Below, one piece after another: positions 1-8,600 of a DNA stretch of 64,000 bases. The first letter of the stretch is position 1. Each line of letters opens with the position of its first letter. This DNA comes from Pseudomonadota bacterium (GTDB taxonomy: Bacteria; Pseudomonadota; Gammaproteobacteria; Steroidobacterales; JBCBZW01), in contig JBCBZW010000010.1 of assembly GCA_039815145.1 (NCBI GenBank), positions 2,404 to 66,403 of the forward strand. Reading direction: 5' to 3'. The translations under genes and the position numbers were made by a program. The notes under the pieces are model-generated. The model was not told the DNA's origin. It was given only the letters and a program-made list of their open reading frames with translations, and searched no databases.

Positions 1-4
1 CGCC

Positions 5-1540
5 TTGAGTCAGCTGCTCGTGACCTCCACCAGCACACCGCCCCTCGACCAGCGCGGAGAGAGCCTCGCCTACTTCTACGACCTCCTCGCCCGGCACGCC
101 TTCGGCAGCTACCACGAGCTCCTCGGCGATGTCGCCCGCAGCCCCACCATGGGCACCTTCCTCTCCCACGCGGGCAACAAGAAGGCAAGCGCGCAGGACG
201 CCACGCGCCCCGACGAGAACTTCGCCCGCGAACTCGTGCAGCTGTTCACCCTCGGGCTGTACGCGCTGACGGAGGGTGGCGAGCCGGTCTTCGACAGCGC
301 CGGGCTGCCGACCCCGGTCTACGCCCAACGCGACATCGAGGAGCTAGCGAAGGTGATGACCGGCTGGCACCTGGCCGGCGGCCGCAACTTCCGCGGTCCG
401 CGCACGGGCGACGGCGAACACACCCGACCGATGGTCTTCGACCCGAGCTTCCACGAAGACGAACTCGATCCCTACTACGACGGCGAAGGCGACGGCCACA
501 TCACCCTGCTCGGCCAACGCCTCGCCCTAGACGCCGCGGACCGCACCCTCGACGGTAACGGCAACTCCACCCGCAGCGGACTCGACGCGAGCTTGGACGT
601 GCTGTTCGACCACCCGAACATCGCCCCCTACATCGCCAAGCACCTGATCGCGCACTTCGTCACCGCGAACCCCTCGCCGCAGTACGTGGCGCGGGTGGCG
701 GGTGTGTTCGTCGATGACGGCGCGGGCGTACGAGGCAATCTCGGCGCCGTGCTCAAGTCGGTCCTCCTCGATCAGGACGCCTACGCACCAGGCACCGCCA
801 GCAGCAAGATCAAGGAGCCGCTGCTGGCCTACACGCAGTTGCTGCGGGCCGTGGATGTCGCGCCCGTGCCGTCGGGCTTCATGAGCAACAAGGTCGACGT
901 GCCGATCACCGAGGTCAACATCTACTACGAGAACGAGCTCGAGGAAGTCATCGGCTATGCGCCCATGCGCGCCGAGTCCGTCTTCAACTTCTTCGCCCCC
1001 GATTTCGTGCCACCGGACGCGGACCTCACCCAGGCCGAGCTCCTGGCGCCGGAGATGGTGATGTTGACGGACCAGTACTACGCCAACGTCGCCAACCTGG
1101 TGCTGGCCCTCGCCAATACCCGCGAGTTCGTGCGCTTCGATCGGGGCTTGAGCGAACGTCGGGTACTGGGCTTCTCCAACGGTCGGGTCTTCGATGTGAA
1201 CTTCACCGCCCCCCTGAACGCCATGGAGCTGGCCATGGAGGGCGACAGCAACATGGACTTCGCCAGCATCAACCTCGAAGACGAGAACGGCGGACAGCCC
1301 TTCAAGGCCGCCGCCGTCGGCGCGCTGGTCGACTGGGTGGACGAGCGTCTGTTCGGCGGCGCCTTGCCGGGCGAGTACCGCGATGCCCTCACCCAGCACC
1401 TGCGCGACGGCATGCACAAGGGCGAGCGGGCCGACGACCCACCCGAGGTGAAGACCGACAAGCGCGTGCTCGAGGCGTGGGAGCTGGTGCGCGACGCGCT
1501 GGTGATGGCCACCTCGATGCCGGCCTACATGGTGCAGTGA
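5..1540 (+). CDS. DUF1800 family protein (5' end probably lies outside the window)
   Basis: The frame is open to the window edge. Motifs ENFARELVQLFTLG and DIEELAKVMTGW match the DUF1800 signature as I remember it. Its usual DUF1501 partner follows 10 nt downstream. Confidence 0.75.
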   Translation: MSQLLVTSTSTPPLDQRGESLAYFYDLLARHAFGSYHELLGDVARSPTMGTFLSHAGNKKASAQDATRPDENFARELVQLFTLGLYALTEGGEPVFDSAGLPTPVYAQRDIEELAKVMTGWHLAGGRNFRGPRTGDGEHTRPMVFDPSFHEDELDPYYDGEGDGHITLLGQRLALDAADRTLDGNGNSTRSGLDASLDVLFDHPNIAPYIAKHLIAHFVTANPSPQYVARVAGVFVDDGAGVRGNLGAVLKSVLLDQDAYAPGTASSKIKEPLLAYTQLLRAVDVAPVPSGFMSNKVDVPITEVNIYYENELEEVIGYAPMRAESVFNFFAPDFVPPDADLTQAELLAPEMVMLTDQYYANVANLVLALANTREFVRFDRGLSERRVLGFSNGRVFDVNFTAPLNAMELAMEGDSNMDFASINLEDENGGQPFKAAAVGALVDWVDERLFGGALPGEYRDALTQHLRDGMHKGERADDPPEVKTDKRVLEAWELVRDALVMATSMPAYMVQ

Positions 1541-1550
1541 GGAACTCCCC

Positions 1551-3176
1551 ATGACACTCGACCGACGTGACTTCCTGCGCTTGAGCTCGCTCGCGAGCGT
1601 GGGCTGCTGCACCCTCGGCGCCACCCGCGCGAGCGCGAACAACGGGGTACCGACGGGCGACTACAAAGCCCTGGTGGTCATCATGCTGCGTGGTGGTAAC
1701 GATGCGCACAACATGCTGCTGCCCCTATCGGCCACCGACGCCTACGCCACCTACGCGGCCACCCGCGGCAGCCTGGCCGTCGCCGACACGACGCTCACCG
1801 TTCCTGATGCCACCATCGCGCCTGGGGCGAACCCCTACCGCGGCGACACTCCCCTGGACGCGGCCCAGGCCTACCTAGCAGGCATGTACGCCCTGCCGGG
1901 CATGCCGCTCGGCGTCAACAGCGTCATGCCGGAGATCGCCCAGCTGCTGGAGAGCGCCAGCGTCAAGGCCGTGCTCAACACGGGCAACCTCGTGGGGCCC
2001 ACCAGCAAGGCGCAGATCGAGGACGGCAGCGCCGACCTCCCCCTGTTCCTCTTCGCCCACAACCACCAGCGTCGCCAGCTCGAGCTGGGGCGCGCCGATC
2101 AACTGAACGGCCCTGGCTGGGCAGGACAGCTGGCGGACCGTTGGTTCGGCGCCTACGACCCGGCGTTTCCCTTAGGGCTAAACGTGTCCATGGACAGCGC
2201 CAGCAAAATGCTCACCGGTGAGCGCACCACCCCGGTGGTGTTGCCGTCCACCGGACCCACGGCCTTCAATCCCTTCGCCATCGATGGCGCCATCGACAGC
2301 AACGTCGACCGCCTCGCCGCGAACCGACGGGCGCTCTACCAATACCTCATGGGCGATCCACGAGCCCCTCGCTTCGACGACACGGTGCGACCACCGGCCC
2401 AGGACTACACCACCCGCACGCCCCGTTCGCCCGAGAACCTCTTCGAGCAGGCCTATCAGCGCTTGGGCGATCGCTCGGACGACGTCCTCGCCCAGCTGAA
2501 CGACGATTGGCAGGCCACCCAGGCGCGCCTCGCCTACACCTCGGCGGACCTCTACGGCAACCGGGGCAGCGACCTCTTCGCCATCCCCTCCGCGGACGAC
2601 CTCAACCTCGAACTGCCCTCGGCCTTCGGCAGCTTCATCGCTCAGCTCGCAGCGATCGCCACCATGATCAAGCTGGCCAGCGATCAGGGCTACGGGCGCC
2701 AGATCTTCCTGGCCCACCTCGACGGCTTCGATACACACAGCAACCAAGCTGAGACCCATCCCGCGCTGCTACGAGAGCTCAGCCTGGGCCTCGATAAGTT
2801 CCACAAGGCCATGGGTGACCTGGGCCTCGCGGACAACGTTCTCGCGTACACCCAATCGGACTTCGGTCGCACCTTGAGCAACAACGGCGACGGCACCGAT
2901 CACGGCTGGGCTACCCATCAGCTCGTGCTGGGCGGCGGCATGCGCACCCCCGGCATGCTCGGCGATGCACCAAGCCTGGCCCTGGGGTCGGACGATGACA
3001 TCTCCGACAAGGGTCGCCTGATTCCCACCCTGGCCAACGATCAGCTCACGGCCACCGCGGTGGACTGGTTCGGCGTGACGCGCGACGACCTACGAGCGCT
3101 GTTGCCGAACCTCGCCAACTTCGCCCGCGATCCCGGGGACATCGCCAGCGCTCTGCTCGGGGAGTTGCTGACCTAG
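1551..3176 (+). CDS. DUF1501 family protein (sulfatase/alkaline-phosphatase-like), Tat-exported
   Basis: Twin-arginine leader MTLDRRDFLRLSSLA. Motifs DGFDTHSNQ and SDFGRT..NGDGTDHGWA are typical of DUF1501. Paired with DUF1800 upstream. Confidence 0.8.
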   Translation: MTLDRRDFLRLSSLASVGCCTLGATRASANNGVPTGDYKALVVIMLRGGNDAHNMLLPLSATDAYATYAATRGSLAVADTTLTVPDATIAPGANPYRGDTPLDAAQAYLAGMYALPGMPLGVNSVMPEIAQLLESASVKAVLNTGNLVGPTSKAQIEDGSADLPLFLFAHNHQRRQLELGRADQLNGPGWAGQLADRWFGAYDPAFPLGLNVSMDSASKMLTGERTTPVVLPSTGPTAFNPFAIDGAIDSNVDRLAANRRALYQYLMGDPRAPRFDDTVRPPAQDYTTRTPRSPENLFEQAYQRLGDRSDDVLAQLNDDWQATQARLAYTSADLYGNRGSDLFAIPSADDLNLELPSAFGSFIAQLAAIATMIKLASDQGYGRQIFLAHLDGFDTHSNQAETHPALLRELSLGLDKFHKAMGDLGLADNVLAYTQSDFGRTLSNNGDGTDHGWATHQLVLGGGMRTPGMLGDAPSLALGSDDDISDKGRLIPTLANDQLTATAVDWFGVTRDDLRALLPNLANFARDPGDIASALLGELLT

Positions 3177-3538
3177 CGTCAACCTAGGCTGCGGCCGGAG
3201 CCTACTCGGCTGAGCTTCGAGTCCGCCGCCGTTCGAGTCCGCCGCTTTTGAGCGCCAGCAGCATGAACCGCCCCGGAGAACGTCATCGCCGCGACAGCAG
3301 CCGCAATCGGGCCCCTCGGTGTGAATCATCGTGTTTCCTGGATCCGCGAGGGAATGGCGTAAAGTAGTTTCGGGACAGGAGGTTAGATCGATTTTCCACC
3401 TATCCACGCACGCCAGGCCCGCGCCCCGGACGCTCGACAATCACCATCCTGGTACCCTTGCGGCCGTCATTCGCGCCCGTGTCGACCGATCGACTCGGCG
3501 GCCGCGATCAGCGCCTCAAAGCAAGAACAGGAGTTCTC

Positions 3539-4108
3539 ATGCGAAGCCCCAACTCACCCTCACCCCACGCCAAGCTCATCCCGTGGCTGCTCAGCGGCCT
3601 GCTCACGCTCGGAGCGGCGATCGCGCCCATCAGCGCGCACGCCCAGGACGACATGGGCGCCGCCATGATGGCTGGCGAACTGCCCGATCCGATCGTGCTG
3701 AAGGAGGGCGACGTCACCGGGCTGCTCAAGGTCGCCAAGGAGCTTCAGGCGCTCGGCCTCAAGCTCGACGAGAATCCCACCGGCCCGAACTTCGCTGAGC
3801 GCCTCGCCGGCCAGGAGAAGGCCAAGGCGATTCTGAAGCGCCACAACTTCACGCCCGAGCGCGTGCAGACGGTGGCCTACAGCGTGGGGCTCGCGATGGC
3901 TGCCGCCAGCGGCGACCTCGAGGAGTCGCGGGCGCAGATGGAGGAGATGAAGGCAATGAAAGACTCCATGCCTCCCGCGCAGTGGGCCCAGATGGAGAAG
4001 ATGATGGGGCCGGGCCTCAAAATGATGGAGCAAGCCCTGAACCAGCCGAAGGGCAACATCGCCCTGGTCAAGAAGTACGAAGACGAGCTCAACTCGCTGC
4101 AAGACTAA
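3539..4108 (+). CDS. Cys-free, Met-rich periplasmic helical protein of unknown function
   Basis: ATG at 3539 is preceded by AGGAG. Signal peptide LLSGLLTLGAAIAPISAHA|QDD. 13 Met in ~155 mature residues, clustered near the C-terminus (AQMEEMKAMKDSMPPAQWAQMEKMMGPGLKMMEQ). The longer ORF-track start at 3458 lacks an RBS. Confidence 0.65.
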   Translation: MRSPNSPSPHAKLIPWLLSGLLTLGAAIAPISAHAQDDMGAAMMAGELPDPIVLKEGDVTGLLKVAKELQALGLKLDENPTGPNFAERLAGQEKAKAILKRHNFTPERVQTVAYSVGLAMAAASGDLEESRAQMEEMKAMKDSMPPAQWAQMEKMMGPGLKMMEQALNQPKGNIALVKKYEDELNSLQD

Positions 4109-4127
4109 CGGCTCTGCAAGGCTCACC

Positions 4128-5396
4128 ATGACGCTCAAGCGACGCGAATTCGTCGGCGCCGGGGTCGCCGCCCTCACCCTGTCGTCACGGCTCCTGCGAG
4201 CCCAGACGCGCCCGCGGGTGGTCATCGTGGGCGGCGGCGCCGGCGGCGCGACGGCCGCCCTCGCCTTATCGCGCGAGTCCGAGGGCGCGGTGGACGTGGT
4301 GTTGGTGGAACCCACGCGCACCTACCACAGCTGCTTCTACTCCAACCTCTACCTCGGCGGCTTTCGCCAACACGACAGCCTCGCCCACTCCTACACCCGC
4401 CTTGCCTCCCAGTACGGGGTGAACGTGGTGCACGACTGGGTGCTGGGGATAGAGCGCGACAAGCGGGAAGTGCGCCTCGCGAGCGGCTCGACGATCGCCT
4501 ACGACCGCCTCGTGCTGAGCCCTGGCATCGACTTCGTGCCGGGCGCTGTGCCCGGCTGGGACCTCAGCGCCCAGAACAAGATGCCCCACGCCTACAAGGG
4601 CGGCACACAGCTCGCGCTCCTGCGCAGCCAGGTGCTGGCGATGAGACCTGGCGGTCTATTCGCGTTGATCGCCCCGCCGAACCCCTACCGTTGCCCCCCG
4701 GGCCCCTACGAGCGCGTCTCCATGCTCGCCCGAACGCTGAAGGCGACCAACCCCACGGCCAAGCTGTTGATCATCGATCCCAAGACGCGCTTCGCCAAGC
4801 AGGCCCTGTTCGAGGAGAGCTGGTCTCGCCACTACCCCGGCATGATCGAACGCATCGATGGGGATGCAGGCGGCGCCAAGGTGGAAGTGCGCCCCGACCG
4901 TATGCAGGTGGTCATCGACGGCGCGGTGCAGGCCGTTGATGTGTGCAACGTGGTGCCGGCGCAGCAGGCGGGGCGTATCTGTGCCGATGCCGGACTCACC
5001 GCGGCGAGCGGTTGGGCGCCGGTGGTGCCGGCCAGCATGCGCAGCCGCGCCGATGAGAACATCTACATCCTGGGCGACGCCTCGCAACAGGGCGATATGC
5101 CGAAGTCGGCCTTCTCCGCCAACAGCCAGGCCAAGGTGGCCGTGCGCGCCATCCTCGCCTCGCTGAGCGATGCACCGCCGCCAGCGGCGAGCTACGCCAA
5201 CACGTGCTGGTCCCTGGTCGCCGAAGACGACAGCGTGAAGATCGGCGCCACCTACGAGGCCACGCCGGAGAAGATCGCCAAGGTATCCGGCTTCGTCTCG
5301 AGCACGGACGAGCCTGAAGCGACCCGGCGCGCCAACTACCTCGAGAGCGTCGGCTGGTACGCCGGCATCACTGCAGAGATGTTCGGCGGTCCCTGA
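4128..5396 (+). CDS. fccB: Flavocytochrome-c sulfide dehydrogenase flavoprotein subunit-like (FCSD/FccB/SoxF family)
   Basis: Tat leader MTLKRREFVGAGVAAL and Rossmann motif VVIVGGGAGGATAA. The FCSD cysteines sit in conserved contexts: YHSCFYSN, YRCPPGPYER, NTCWS. Confidence 0.8.
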   Translation: MTLKRREFVGAGVAALTLSSRLLRAQTRPRVVIVGGGAGGATAALALSRESEGAVDVVLVEPTRTYHSCFYSNLYLGGFRQHDSLAHSYTRLASQYGVNVVHDWVLGIERDKREVRLASGSTIAYDRLVLSPGIDFVPGAVPGWDLSAQNKMPHAYKGGTQLALLRSQVLAMRPGGLFALIAPPNPYRCPPGPYERVSMLARTLKATNPTAKLLIIDPKTRFAKQALFEESWSRHYPGMIERIDGDAGGAKVEVRPDRMQVVIDGAVQAVDVCNVVPAQQAGRICADAGLTAASGWAPVVPASMRSRADENIYILGDASQQGDMPKSAFSANSQAKVAVRAILASLSDAPPPAASYANTCWSLVAEDDSVKIGATYEATPEKIAKVSGFVSSTDEPEATRRANYLESVGWYAGITAEMFGGP

Positions 5397-5512
5397 ACGG
5401 TCACGCCTCAACGCCCTGGTGACTCAAAACCTCACGTAGCTCCCCAGCGTGACGGCGGTACGGCCGCTGGGGACCGTCCACGGCGTACTTCTCTTAATCC
5501 CACTGTAAAGCG

Positions 5513-5556
5513 AAAAAACCCACACCGTTATGCAACAACGGCCTGTGGGTTTTCTC
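5513..5556 (+). terminator. Rho-independent terminator after fccB
   Basis: A-run, then stem 5519-5529 pairing with 5537-5549 (11 bp with a CC bulge), then TTTT at 5550-5553. Confidence 0.7.
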
Positions 5557-5659
5557 TATCCCGTCCGATAGCCGAACACTGAGAAGGAGCGATCGCGCCG
5601 TGCGCATCGCCCGTCAACACCGGCGCCCCGAGCGGGCCGACGTATCGAGATAGAGCACC

Positions 5660-8600
5660 ATGAGCGACGCAGAACAAGACCAGGCACAACCGAAGCGCGG
5701 TCCGAACACGATCGATTCCGCCCTCGACCGCGAGGTCGGCCAGCAGGGCGCCGAACGACGCCGGGAGGACGTGCAGGAGGTGAAGGTCGACGGCGACGGC
5801 GACCAGGCAGGTCAGGCACCGCGTGCGGGCGGCTACGGGACACCGGAGTTTGCGGCCGACGGCGACAGCGAGACGCTCGTGGAGCGTACGCCGGAGGCAA
5901 CGTCCATCGAAGACGTGCAGGTGGATGCGCGCACGGTGTCGCTCGACGGTGCGCCGGCGGACAACGGGGGCGCCGAGTCGCGCCGCGGTTCGAGCAACTC
6001 AGCGCCGAGCGGTAACAGCGAGGACGAGTCCCCCGCTCCGATCAACGCCGCATCGCCCGCCGAAGAAGGGGCTACTGACGACGCGACGCCTGGTGCATCG
6101 CGCACGTTCGCTTCGGATGCCGAGCGGGCAGGTCCCGCCTTCCCTCAAGGGGAATCGGAGATACCCAACGGGTCCTTCATCCCCGTGGAACTCGACGACA
6201 CAAGCGGTGACGAGGAGGCCGCGACCAGCGCCCCTTCCTCGCCAACCGAGGACAACGAAGCACCACCCGCCGCGGCGGCCGATCAAGATACGCAGGGCGC
6301 CCCCGAAGCCGCCGCCAGCGACACCACGGCGGTCTCCGACGGCGCCAGCGCGCCCGACGAGGCGGGTGAGAACGCCGCCCGTGGCGATGAGGAGGCCGCG
6401 ACCAGCGCCCCTCCCGCGCCGACTGAGGACAACGAAGCACCGCCCGCCGCAGCGGCCGGTCAAGATACGCAGGACGCCCCCGAAGCCGCCGCCGGCAACA
6501 CCACGGCGATCTCCGACGGCGCCAGCGCGCCCGGCGAGGTGGGTGAGAACGCCGCCCAAGGGGATCAGGAGGCAGCGACCAGCGCCTCCTCCTCGCAGAC
6601 TGAGAACAACGAACAACCACCAGCCGCCGCCGCTGCCGACACCACGGTGATCGCTGACGGCGCCAGCGCTACCAACGAGGTGGGCGAGAACGCCGCCCAA
6701 GGGGATCGCGTAGGCATCGTCGCGACAGCCCCTGGCAACGAAGACGCCCCCGTTACCTTCTCCCTCGCCGACGATGCCGGCGGACGCTTCGCGATCGCCT
6801 CTGCGACCGGCGAAGTGACCGTCGCGGCACCCGAGCTGCTGGACTTCGAGAGCGCCCAGAGCCACGAGATCGTGGTTGAGGCCACTTCACCGAACGGCGC
6901 CGTCAGCACGCAAAGCTTCGTCATCCAGGTCACCGACCACGACGAGTTCGACCTGTCCCCCGTGGTGGACGGAGATGCCGCGCAGGACGGAATCACCGAG
7001 AACGCCAACGTTGGAGACACCGTCGGCGTGGCGGTGAGCGCCGTCGACGAAGACGGCAGCGATAACGCCGTGCAGTACTCGCTCAGCGAGAACCCCAACG
7101 GGGCCTTCGCCATCGACGCGAGCAGCGGTGTCGTCACGGTCGCCGATCCCGCCGGTATCGACTTCGAAACCTCACCGAGCATGCAGATCGAGGTCACGGC
7201 CACCGCGCAGGACGGCTCGACGAGCACGCAACGCTTCGACATTGCGGTTGATGATGTCAACGAGTACTCGGTCACCCCCGCCGGCGACACCGATGACGCA
7301 CCGAACCTGGTCAGCGAGAACGCCCGCGTCGGCGACCTCGTCGGCGTCGCGGCCGCCGCCGAGGACGCGGACGGTACTGACGCCGTCAGCTACAGCCTGA
7401 CTGGCAACCCCAACGACGCCTTCGCCATCGACAGCGAAACCGGCGTGGTCAGCGTGGCGGACCCGGCGGGCATCGACTTCGAGTCGGCATCGTCCATGCA
7501 GATCGAGGTGACCGCCACCTCGGCGGACGGCTCCACCTCAACCCAGACCTTCGAGATCGCCGTCACCGACGAGAACGAGTTCGACATCACGGCCACCGCG
7601 GACCGCGATGCCGGCAGCGACACGGTGGCCGAGAACGCGGCCGCGGGCGACCGCGTGGGCGTGACCGCCTTCGCCAGCGATGCAGACGGCTCCAGCAGCG
7701 GCGTCGAGTATTCGCTCAGCGAGAATCCGAACGACGCCTTCGCCATCGATCCGGTCACGGGCGAGGTAACGGTGGCTGACCCCGCGGCGCTGGACTTCGA
7801 ATCCGCCCAGTCCATGCAGATCGAGGTTACGGCGACCTCGCAGGACGGCTCCACCTCCTCGCAGTCATTCGACATCGCGGTCACAGACAGCGATGAGTTC
7901 GACGTCTCCGCGGTGGAGGATAACAATGGTGTCGCCAACACGGTCGCTGAGAATGCTGCAGTCGGTGATTCGATCGGCGTCACCGCCTTTGCCGCCGATG
8001 CCGATGGCACGAACAACGGTGTTGAGTACTCGCTCAGCGAGAACCCGAACGATGCCTTCGCCATCGATCCCGTGACGGGCGAGGTCACCGTCGCTGACCC
8101 GGCAGGCTTGGATTTCGAATCCACCCAGTCCATGCAGATCGAGGTCACGGCGACCTCGCAGGACGGCTCCACCTCCGCACAGACCTTCGACATCGCCGTC
8201 ACCGATAGCGATGAGTTCAACGTCTCCCCGGTAGAGGACAACGACGGTCTCGCCAACTCGGTCGCTGAGAATGCTGACGAGGGCGATTCAGTGGGAGTCA
8301 CTGCCTTCGCGAGCGACGCCGACGGCACCAACAACGGCGTCGAGTACTCACTCAGCGAGAACCCCAACGACGCCTTCGCCATCGACCCGAACACCGGCGA
8401 AGTGACCGTCGCTGACCCCGCAGGTTTGGACTTCGAGTCCGCCCAGTCCATGCAGATCGAGGTCACCGCGACCTCGCAGGACGGCTCCACCTCCGCACAG
8501 TCCTTCGACATCGCGGTCACCGACAGCGATGAGTTCGACGTCTCCTCGGTGGAGGATAACGACGGGGTCGCCAACACGATCGGTGAGAATGCTGCGGTCG

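Noticed and set aside
3217-3255. Tandem TTCGAGTCCGCCGC(C/T) direct repeat resembling a tRNA T-loop/T-stem (GTTCGAGTCC). I considered it as a tRNA 3' remnant or integration att site.
   Set aside because: The bases preceding each TTCGAGT cannot pair with the following CCGCC, so there is no T-stem. No acceptor or anticodon arms are present, and no integrase is nearby. It is most likely a chance 15-nt duplication in a spacer.
5823-6650. 275-aa alternative-frame ORF (Arg/Pro/Thr-rich) inside the adhesin 5' region, plus the minus-strand ORFs at 5999-6865 and 6177-6620.
   Set aside because: These are off-frame readings of the 177-bp low-complexity repeats. The main frame continues uninterrupted for 2444 codons.
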